DNA of 43,065 nt, from the NCBI GenBank assembly GCA_015233375.1, contig JADFXW010000003.1, forward strand, positions 1-43,065, given 5' to 3'. The notes below the pieces were generated by a model, which saw only the letters and a list, made by a program, of their open reading frames with translations, was not told the DNA's origin and did no database searches. Positions 36,023 to 43,065 of this stretch are shown here, piece after piece. Source of the DNA: Candidatus Omnitrophota bacterium. Lineage in GTDB: Bacteria; Omnitrophota; Gorgyraeia; Zapsychrales; Fredricksoniimonadaceae. The position numbers and the translations under genes were made by a program. Position 1 is the first letter of the stretch; each line of letters starts with the position of its first letter.

Positions 36023-38503
36023 ATGATAAATTTATCTAAAAATCATCCTTTTTTTATCTGCATTACCGTATTCATTTTTTTATCTTTGAATATTAATCTA
36101 CCTTATCCAGCTTTTGCTCAAGACGTCTATTATCTTCCTGAACCAGGGACCATGGTCCATGTAAGCCAGGCCTTTGATTCACCTGTCTTAAAAGGTATTA
36201 AAGTTTATCCTGATAACCCTTTGCGGTTTGATTTTATTATGGATGTAGGGTCGGACTTTATGTCCGACCGAAATCATGGGCCGACACAAGGTCGGCCTCT
36301 GCGAATGGAAGCAGGCAAGCTCATCAAATATTTTCTCGCAAGCCTTACTGTTCCTGAAAAAGACCTTTGGGTTAATTTAAGTCCCTATGAGAAAAACCGC
36401 ATTATTCCTCATAGCTTTGGATTAACTCAAATGGGCCGTGACTTGTTAGGGGAAGATTATGTATTAAAACAAATCACAGCTTCGCTAATTTATCCAGAAG
36501 ATGCCATAGGTAAAAATTTTTGGAAAAGAATATATGAACAAGCAGTTATAAAATATGGAACAACGAATATTCCAGTCAACACTTTTAATAAGGTATGGAT
36601 AGTGCCAGAGAAGGCGATTGTGTATGAAAACACTAAGGCCGGGACAGCGTATGTGATGGAAAGCAAATTAAAGGTGATGCTGGAGCAGGATTATTTGGCA
36701 TTAGAGAAAACCCAGCGGCCTACCAGGGGACATGTTCAAAGCAGAACATCAAAGAACGTGTCCCCAAGCACGTTGCCAAGCGAAGTAGCATTGAATATGA
36801 AAGCGCCCCAAGGAAATCCCCGTACGCCAAACAAAGACATCAACGCTCTTGGTTCTAAAATTATCCGTGAAATCGTCATTCCACAACTAACAAAAGAGGT
36901 GAATGATAATAAAAATTTCGCCAAATTACGACAGGTGTACAATTCACTCATATTAGCTACATGGTATAAACAAAAAATTAAAGACAGTCTATTAGAAGCG
37001 GTATATGCAGATAAAAATAAAGTTGCTGGAATAGGTTATGAGAAGGGGACAGGGTCCTTGAAAGCCAGGGCCCTGTCTTCTTCAACACCTAACGATATCG
37101 AATTTATCTATCAGCGCTACCTTCAAGCCTTCAAAAAAGGCGTTTATAACTATATTAAGGAAACTCAAGACCCTGTCACAAGGCAAAATATTCCAAGAAA
37201 ATATTTCTCAGGCGGGATTAAATGGGAGATTACTCGAGCCATGGTTGTAACTCATCAATTAGATAAAAATATGAAAAGCCTGCCTAACAGGCTATATGAG
37301 GTTGAGGCTAATTTGATCATGTCTGAAGATGAGGCTATTGAAAGGGCAGGTATTGCGGTACGCAGAATTCTTCTACATGATTCAAGTCTAAGACAAACGC
37401 CGCTTGAGATACAAAATTTAAGAAGATTCTTAATAGATTGTGAAGAAGAATTGACTGATTTGCATTATCAGGAGCAGGCGGTGTTTTATTATCATAAATT
37501 GGATGAAGCGTTTCATGTGTTAATGGAGGCGCGTCCATTTGCTATTTCTTCTAAAGAGGGTAAAGCTGATCTTGAAGGATCTATGCTTGCTATTTCGCAA
37601 CTAGAGAAGTGCTTATTGATAGTTCAGGACCTGTACGAAAAATTCAAGAATGAAAATTTTCTGGATGCCAGATCCTATGAATCGTGTTTGATGTTCTTTA
37701 ATCTTATCTTAGATGGGCTTAAATCCAGCTTAGAAATTGCCCGTAGAAAGCTGTTTTCAGAAACAACAAACGTGAAAGAAGTTATTGAGGCATTTCATAA
37801 ACTTCATTCCTATGTGCGTATTATAGACAATTCACCTCAACAACCATTGATTATAAAAGGTGACTCAATGGCCTTAATATGCGCTCTTCACAATTTAGCT
37901 TATAATGCCATTTCTGCACTAAATGGAATAAAAAAGAAAGCAGAAATTGTCTTAACAGTTTCTGTGGATAGTGGAAATTTGGTTTTATCGGTTTCTGATA
38001 ACGGTCCAGGTTTTGATAATCCGCCGGTTCCTGGTCGTCCGCCAGCTCTTGATTGGGACCCTGTTACAAATAGACAACGGATATTCAATTTAAATGTTAC
38101 CTCAGGAGCAATCAGTAAAAGCACGGGCTTGGGAACTACCGAAGTGTATTATGTGGTCAAAGACCATTTTGGAGAAATAACGGCAAACAATAGACTAGAT
38201 GATCAAAATTCAATCATTGGAGCTAACTTCACTATCAGAATACCTTTATCTATTGAGGCCGTAGACACAGCTATTATAAAGAATTCCAAAGTTATTCCGC
38301 AGCAAAAGATAGATGTAAAATATGGAGGTATTGATTTAACTAATTCAAAAGTTCTAGAGACAAAAAAAGACAATAAAGGGATTAATTTTAAGTTTGATCC
38401 AATATTATTTCAGGAATGGAAGAACGCAAGAGGCTTTTCTGCGGCAGTCACAAGCGTTAAACTCATCAAAAGCGTTCAAGAATTTGTGCAAAATCCTACT
38501 TGA
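36023..38503 (+). CDS. P3: exported protein with conserved head, histidine-kinase-like (HATPase_c) payload and conserved tail
   Basis: ATG at 36023 preceded by AAGGA. Signal peptide ends AFAQ. The head closely resembles P4. Payload has an H-box-like LHDSSLRQTPL, N box LHNLAYNAISA, G1 DNGPGF and G2 TGLGT. Tail is YGGIDLTNSKVL... Confidence 0.85.
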   Translation: MINLSKNHPFFICITVFIFLSLNINLPYPAFAQDVYYLPEPGTMVHVSQAFDSPVLKGIKVYPDNPLRFDFIMDVGSDFMSDRNHGPTQGRPLRMEAGKLIKYFLASLTVPEKDLWVNLSPYEKNRIIPHSFGLTQMGRDLLGEDYVLKQITASLIYPEDAIGKNFWKRIYEQAVIKYGTTNIPVNTFNKVWIVPEKAIVYENTKAGTAYVMESKLKVMLEQDYLALEKTQRPTRGHVQSRTSKNVSPSTLPSEVALNMKAPQGNPRTPNKDINALGSKIIREIVIPQLTKEVNDNKNFAKLRQVYNSLILATWYKQKIKDSLLEAVYADKNKVAGIGYEKGTGSLKARALSSSTPNDIEFIYQRYLQAFKKGVYNYIKETQDPVTRQNIPRKYFSGGIKWEITRAMVVTHQLDKNMKSLPNRLYEVEANLIMSEDEAIERAGIAVRRILLHDSSLRQTPLEIQNLRRFLIDCEEELTDLHYQEQAVFYYHKLDEAFHVLMEARPFAISSKEGKADLEGSMLAISQLEKCLLIVQDLYEKFKNENFLDARSYESCLMFFNLILDGLKSSLEIARRKLFSETTNVKEVIEAFHKLHSYVRIIDNSPQQPLIIKGDSMALICALHNLAYNAISALNGIKKKAEIVLTVSVDSGNLVLSVSDNGPGFDNPPVPGRPPALDWDPVTNRQRIFNLNVTSGAISKSTGLGTTEVYYVVKDHFGEITANNRLDDQNSIIGANFTIRIPLSIEAVDTAIIKNSKVIPQQKIDVKYGGIDLTNSKVLETKKDNKGINFKFDPILFQEWKNARGFSAAVTSVKLIKSVQEFVQNPT
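36247..36302. repeat. Two adjacent perfect hairpins inside the P3 head (GGTCGGAC-TTTAT-GTCCGACC, plus a family D copy GGCCGAC-ACAAG-GTCGGCC), in frame
   Basis: Read directly from the sequence. Translated as VGSDFMSDRNHGPTQGRPL. The site is a length-variable loop in the four-way protein alignment. Confidence 0.75.
36726..36765. repeat. Hairpin repeat family E inside the P3 head, in frame
   Basis: GGGGACATGT...ACGTGTCCCC. The homologous site in P4 is 42288-42321. Confidence 0.6.
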
Positions 38504-38528
38504 TTTTGAATAAATCCCCATATATAAT

Positions 38529-38556
38529 ATTTCCTGTAATAAAGATTACAGGAAAT
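38529..38556. promoter_or_regulatory. Perfect 12-4-12 palindrome ATTTCCTGTAAT-AAAG-ATTACAGGAAAT between P3 and the recombinase gene
   Basis: Read directly from the sequence, 39 nt upstream of the recombinase ATG. Could be a P3 terminator hairpin, an operator or a recombinase site. Confidence 0.4.
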
Positions 38557-38594
38557 AGATAGTCTTATTTTAACCCATTGGATACAAACTCTTT

Positions 38595-39773
38595 ATGGAA
38601 CAAATCATCCCTCTTTTTAACTCTGTTGAACGCTTAGAAGCGCAATTAAAACTAGGCAAAGAATCAGGCGATTATTCTAAAGATTTAGAATTTTATATGA
38701 CCGTTGAATTCCTGCTTAGCTATAAAGGCAGCAAAGACACGGTTGCCTCCTATCGCCGTGAATTGGAAAAACTTCTTCTTTGGTCCAGGATGATATTTAA
38801 GAAACCTATAAAAAGTATTACCCGTTCAGACATTGAAGAATTTATTGAATTTTGTAAGAAACCGCCCCTTTCCTGGATTGGCTTAGAAGTGGCTGATCGT
38901 TTCATTCAACAAAATGGAAAAGAAATCCCTAACCCTAAATGGCGCCCCTTTGTGAATAAAACAGGAAATGTTTACAAGCTCTCTGATTCTGGTGTCAGGG
39001 CCCTTTTTGCTGTTTTAAACAGTTATTTTGGCTTTTTAATCCAACAAGAATACATATTTGTAAATCCGGTGGCCCTTATTAGGCAAAAAAAGAGATTTTT
39101 GCGCACAACACAAGAACTTCCAAGGATTCGTAGAATTTCTAATGTTGCCAAGGAATATTTAATAGCTGAAGCTGAAAGAATGGCGCAAGAAAACCCACAT
39201 ATTCATGAAAGAACCCTTTTTATTATTAAGGCCTTGCTAGCCATGTATCTGCGTATTTCTGAATTAACTGAAAATGACCGTTGGCAGCCTAAGATGAATG
39301 ATTTCCATAAAGACACGGATGGACGCTGGTGGTTTTATACCATTGGTAAAGGTAATAAGGAAGGGGAAATATCAGTCAGCGATCAGATGCTGGATGCCTT
39401 AAAAAGATACAGGACACATTTAGGCTTATCCCCCCTGCCTTCAATTGATGATGACTCCCCTCTTATTTTTAAATACCGTAAAGGCCATGGCGGCATCACA
39501 AGCACCAGGCAAATAAGAGGCATTGTTCAAGAATGTTTTGATAGGACGGTCAATATTTTATTGAAAGAAGGCAAGGAAGAAGACGCTCATGAATTAAGAC
39601 ACGCCACTGTCCATTGGCTAAGACACACCGGTATTTCAGAAGATATTAAAAGCGGCCGCCCCAGAGAACACGTGCGCGATGACGCCAGACACAGCTCGAG
39701 CGTCATCACAGACCGGTATATAGACGTCTCAAAAGCTGAGCGCCACGACTCTGCAAAAGATAAGAAAATATAA
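38595..39773 (+). CDS. Tyrosine recombinase / phage-integrase-family protein
   Basis: N-terminal SAM-like core-binding region. Catalytic-domain motifs are LRISEL (Arg), HWLRHTG (His-x-x-Arg), ARHSS and TDRYI (Tyr). Confidence 0.88.
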   Translation: MEQIIPLFNSVERLEAQLKLGKESGDYSKDLEFYMTVEFLLSYKGSKDTVASYRRELEKLLLWSRMIFKKPIKSITRSDIEEFIEFCKKPPLSWIGLEVADRFIQQNGKEIPNPKWRPFVNKTGNVYKLSDSGVRALFAVLNSYFGFLIQQEYIFVNPVALIRQKKRFLRTTQELPRIRRISNVAKEYLIAEAERMAQENPHIHERTLFIIKALLAMYLRISELTENDRWQPKMNDFHKDTDGRWWFYTIGKGNKEGEISVSDQMLDALKRYRTHLGLSPLPSIDDDSPLIFKYRKGHGGITSTRQIRGIVQECFDRTVNILLKEGKEEDAHELRHATVHWLRHTGISEDIKSGRPREHVRDDARHSSSVITDRYIDVSKAERHDSAKDKKI

Positions 39774-39799
39774 ACTAATACTTCAATGCATTCCATTTC

Positions 39800-42700
39800 T
39801 TATGGCTTATCTAAAAATTCACGTAAATTGCCCACTAAATGCCAGCCAGTAACCATGGGCTCAAACCCTACAGACTTCTCTAATGCCGCAAGCTGGGCTT
39901 GATTGAATTGAAGTTTTATGGCTCGGCCAGAATGCTGGATTTCCAAGAGCACCTTGCCAGCGGTCAAATCAATACCACCTTTATCCAGATCATGATGTTG
40001 GGTCATGGCAAACGAGGCCATTGCCGGCGTTTTTCCTGCAATTTTCTTAGGATCATCTGTTGAAATAAAATTTATTATGACTGTTTTTCTTGTCCCACGC
40101 TCATATCTTGCCACAATTCTTCTGTCTTCAGCGATGATGACTGTCATATCCTCATAAACAGGTAAATCCCAAAACAATATAACAGGTTTATTAGTAGGAG
40201 CCGCCCATCCAACAATCCTATGAGTTTGGTCATCATATAAAAATGTACCTGGAACAAAATACTTCAATGTATCATCAATACTATGCTCAAATTCAATAGC
40301 TGACCAGGGTAAAGTGATATCAGTTGTTCCGTCAATCCCATCCGTTTCAACATGATCGATAACATTTGCGACCTGTTTAGCTATACAATCATGGGATTGA
40401 CCACCAATGATAACAACATGTTTTCGACTACCATGCATAAACCACCGATGCATTAAAAAGCTTTCTAAATCAAAAAATTTATGATGCTCGGCTTGGAAAG
40501 TATGATTGATATTATCAAGCGCTGTTAATTTTATTTCTTCAGCGAGCTTATCCTTTGTGTTATCAAAAAACCAAGAATGCCTTTTTCGAAAATCTTTAAT
40601 ATATATTAAATGTGTCATAATAGAAGCTGGTTCAATGAACGCGGGATAGCTTGACGGATGTGTTTTAGTTTCATGATAAAAATTCACAGCATAGTCGAGC
40701 AAATATTTTGAAAACCGAATTGTTACAGTTTCTTGAAAAGAATCCAATCTTTTTCTTAGGCCTGTTAGATAATGAATATCTTTTTCTTCAATCAAATCTG
40801 GCCTTTTCTTCATGATTTCAATAAATAATATAGCAATAATCCCTTCATGTCGGTCATAAAATTCTAAATCCCTCCCAGTTTGATATCGACTAATAATTCT
40901 CACAGTGTCTGCAGTGAGAATATGACAACCTGAAGGCGATAACCTTACCATATTAGCCAATGTCAAGGTCACAATTTGAGATATTTGTCTTGTCATAAGC
41001 GTAACTATAGAATCTTGAGAAGTTCCTTGAACTTTAAAGCACAAATCGGATAGTTCCTCTAAAAGCAAAACAAAATCCCTTGATCTATACTCAGGATTTA
41101 ACGCCACCGCTGTTAACACATGTTGCAATAAATAGATACCATTCAAGTTGTCTAAATTCTGTTCAACAAATTTAATAATTTTCCTAAAAACTTCTCTGGC
41201 TTCAACTTGCTTGGCACCATACATTTCATGAACGAGAAAAACCGCTCTCTTTTTTAAAATTTCGTCTTTTTTCTCCTTTACGCTCAAGGAGCTAATTTTT
41301 TTAAGAATATACTCTATCAATTCATAATTTTGACCCATCACAGGATATGCTGTTTCAAATAATTCACCATCATCCTCTACTCCTTGTAATTGAAGGGATA
41401 AAAAATGTCTATACGCCTTGATGAATTTTTGTGTTTTGTTATCCCCTATACGCTGACTAGCCTGAGGTAAAAATTCTTCAATAAATTCATTTATCACAGC
41501 AGAGTATGGATCTATTTCAAAAACATGACTCATCACAGCCATCGTCTCTAATATAACAATTCGAATATCCTTTTCATCTAAATTAAATAACAAAAGATGT
41601 CTGGCCTGTTCAAGAATCCTTATGGATTGCGCCATTCTCACAGTAACGGGTCGAGATCGAAACTGTTGTGATTCATTCTTAAAATCTTCTATACCTATCA
41701 CCCCCAAATCGATAGGCTGATTTGATTTATCTATACTATCAGGATCTCCTGTTTTTATCGTCATGGCGGTGTTGACAATAATATTCGATGATGCCCCTGC
41801 CTTATCGATATCATGACGCAACCCCGCAGGAATATTTTCCGTATTGAAAACTGTCATTGTAGGACTCATCAGCGTGACCCCGCCTGAAAAATATTTCTTT
41901 GGCATCATCTCTTGGGTAACGGGATCGATTTCTTCTTTGATATAGTTATAAACGCCTTTCTTAAAAGCCTTTAAGTATTGCTGATAAATCTTCTCCTTCT
42001 CGTTAGGGTCATCGATATTGACACCAACGATTTTGCTCTTGTCGGCATAGTTCGAAAAGAAGATACTGTCCTTTATTTTTTTCTTGTACCATATCGCAAG
42101 AATCACGCTATTGTAAACCTGCCTAAGCGATGCAAAATTCCTATTTTCATTAACTTCCTTGGTTAATTCTGGAATAACAATTTCCCGAATAATTTTAGAG
42201 CCAAGGGCGTTGATGTCTCTGATTGGCGTACGGGGGTTTCCCTGGGGTGCTTTCATATTCAATGCTACTTCGCTTGGCCACCTGCTTGGGGACACGTCCC
42301 TAAAAAACGGGACATGTCCCCTGGTTGGCATTAGGGTTTCGCCGTGTTTAAACATCGCCACATAATCTTCTTCCAACATCACCTTTAATTTGCTTTCAAC
42401 CACATACGCTGTTTTGACCGTAGTGTTTTCATAAACAACCGCTTTCTCTGGCACTATCCATACCTTATTAAAAGTGTTGACCAGCACATCCGTTGTTCCA
42501 TATTTCTTGGCCGTTTCTTCATATATCTTTTTCCAAAACCTTTTACCTACTTCATCTTCAGGATAAATTAAAGAAGCCGTGATTTGCTTGAGGATATAGT
42601 CAAGAGCCAGGAGGTCGCGGCCCATTTGGGTTAAACCAAAAGATTGGGGGATAATACGATATTTTTCATACGGGCTTAAATTCACCCATAAATCTTTTTC

Positions 42701-43015
42701 TGGGATTGTTATACTGGCCAGAAAATATTTGATGAGTTTCGTGGCTTCGGTTTTAAGTTGTTCTTGCAAAGATTGCTTCGCTCTGCCCGCAATGACACTA
42801 GGAGAGTCACCTTTGTCTAAAATAAAATCAAAATAGAATGGGTTTTCTGGATGGACCTTGATTCCTTTAAGTATTGGTGGATTAAACGGCAGGCTTAAAT
42901 GGACCATGACACCAGGTGCCGGCAATCTATAATCATAAGCATTAACAGGCATAGGACCTATACCTGTTAACAGAAAACTTGCCAAAGTTAAAACAACTAA
43001 TGGAGACCTGAGCAT
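39800..43015 (-). CDS. P4: exported protein with conserved head, helical-repeat/unknown payload and conserved tail
   Basis: SD GAGGGGGA lies 5 nt before the ATG. Signal peptide ends VNAY. In the stretches aligned by hand the head is roughly 85-90 percent identical to P3 at the nucleotide level. The middle is helical and unassigned. Tail is KGGIDLTAGKVL... Confidence 0.85.
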   Translation of the reverse strand: MLRSPLVVLTLASFLLTGIGPMPVNAYDYRLPAPGVMVHLSLPFNPPILKGIKVHPENPFYFDFILDKGDSPSVIAGRAKQSLQEQLKTEATKLIKYFLASITIPEKDLWVNLSPYEKYRIIPQSFGLTQMGRDLLALDYILKQITASLIYPEDEVGKRFWKKIYEETAKKYGTTDVLVNTFNKVWIVPEKAVVYENTTVKTAYVVESKLKVMLEEDYVAMFKHGETLMPTRGHVPFFRDVSPSRWPSEVALNMKAPQGNPRTPIRDINALGSKIIREIVIPELTKEVNENRNFASLRQVYNSVILAIWYKKKIKDSIFFSNYADKSKIVGVNIDDPNEKEKIYQQYLKAFKKGVYNYIKEEIDPVTQEMMPKKYFSGGVTLMSPTMTVFNTENIPAGLRHDIDKAGASSNIIVNTAMTIKTGDPDSIDKSNQPIDLGVIGIEDFKNESQQFRSRPVTVRMAQSIRILEQARHLLLFNLDEKDIRIVILETMAVMSHVFEIDPYSAVINEFIEEFLPQASQRIGDNKTQKFIKAYRHFLSLQLQGVEDDGELFETAYPVMGQNYELIEYILKKISSLSVKEKKDEILKKRAVFLVHEMYGAKQVEAREVFRKIIKFVEQNLDNLNGIYLLQHVLTAVALNPEYRSRDFVLLLEELSDLCFKVQGTSQDSIVTLMTRQISQIVTLTLANMVRLSPSGCHILTADTVRIISRYQTGRDLEFYDRHEGIIAILFIEIMKKRPDLIEEKDIHYLTGLRKRLDSFQETVTIRFSKYLLDYAVNFYHETKTHPSSYPAFIEPASIMTHLIYIKDFRKRHSWFFDNTKDKLAEEIKLTALDNINHTFQAEHHKFFDLESFLMHRWFMHGSRKHVVIIGGQSHDCIAKQVANVIDHVETDGIDGTTDITLPWSAIEFEHSIDDTLKYFVPGTFLYDDQTHRIVGWAAPTNKPVILFWDLPVYEDMTVIIAEDRRIVARYERGTRKTVIINFISTDDPKKIAGKTPAMASFAMTQHHDLDKGGIDLTAGKVLLEIQHSGRAIKLQFNQAQLAALEKSVGFEPMVTGWHLVGNLREFLDKP
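42288..42321. repeat. Hairpin repeat family E inside the P4 head, in frame
   Basis: GGGGACACGTCCC-TAAAAAAC-GGGACATGTCCCC, with 13-nt arms and one mismatch. Confidence 0.65.
42768..42797 (+). repeat. Hairpin repeat family C copy inside the P4 head, in frame on the minus strand
   Basis: AAAGATTGCTTCGCTCTGCCCGCAATGACA. Translated on the minus strand as VIAGRAKQSL. Confidence 0.75.
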
Positions 43016-43065
43016 ATCATCCCCCTCTCTTTTAAAGTATACAATGGGGCTGTTGCAAAATCCAG

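Noticed and set aside
36736-36951. Small minus-strand ORF whose product is nearly identical to the plus-strand ORF at 42159-42365
   Set aside because: Both are antisense shadows of the highly similar P3 and P4 head-coding regions. The similarity reflects the paralogous sense genes, not a separate gene family.
38595-39773. Integrase as a marker of a prophage or integrative element
   Set aside because: There are no phage structural, replication or conjugation genes nearby, no adjacent tRNA gene and no flanking direct repeats that I could see. It is better viewed as a stand-alone recombinase between inverted paralogues.
40330-40450. Possible isochorismatase-like cysteine hydrolase motif (HVVIIGGQSHDCIAKQV) in the P4 payload
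   Set aside because: It rests on a single short motif. I cannot support a domain call without a profile or structure search, so the P4 payload is left unassigned.

Overview
AT-rich chromosomal segment from a diderm, LPS-making bacterium, possibly an uncultivated lineage (a guess I cannot test here). Gene order: a 5'-truncated GAF/HD-GYP signalling gene, an XRE-cupin regulator, spoVG, serS and a membrane protein. Next is giant exported protein P1, followed by a lipid A/Kdo/core-LPS block: waaA, lpxK, an LpxL-ELM1 fusion, a GT4-GT9 fusion, a GT4 and three GT9 heptosyltransferase-like genes. Then a complete-looking type II secretion / type IV pilus-like operon: gspC-like, D, E, F, G, minor pseudopilins, K, a PilM-PilN fusion and a PilO-like gene. 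After it come giant exported protein P2, a vapBC-type toxin-antitoxin pair, a dus gene, exported protein P3, a tyrosine recombinase and exported protein P4 on the minus strand. I found no rRNA, tRNA or CRISPR. There are three main observations. (1) P1-P4 are paralogues. Each has a Sec signal peptide, a conserved head of roughly 350 aa and a conserved tail of roughly 65 aa, with unrelated cytoplasmic-type payloads between them: glycogen synthase/phosphorylase-like GT-B, FHA-transglutaminase-FHA, histidine-kinase-like, and helical/unknown. One gene sits directly after the secretion operon, and two lie in inverted orientation around the recombinase. I cannot place the head or tail in any named family. 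(2) Two copies of a 184-nt near-perfect palindrome differ at 11 positions, and 8 of those fall in 4 compensated base pairs. (3) At least five families of short hairpin repeats are present. Several copies are inserted in frame inside essential genes (lpxK, waaA) and inside the P3/P4 heads, and some supply the Shine-Dalgarno sequence of the downstream gene.
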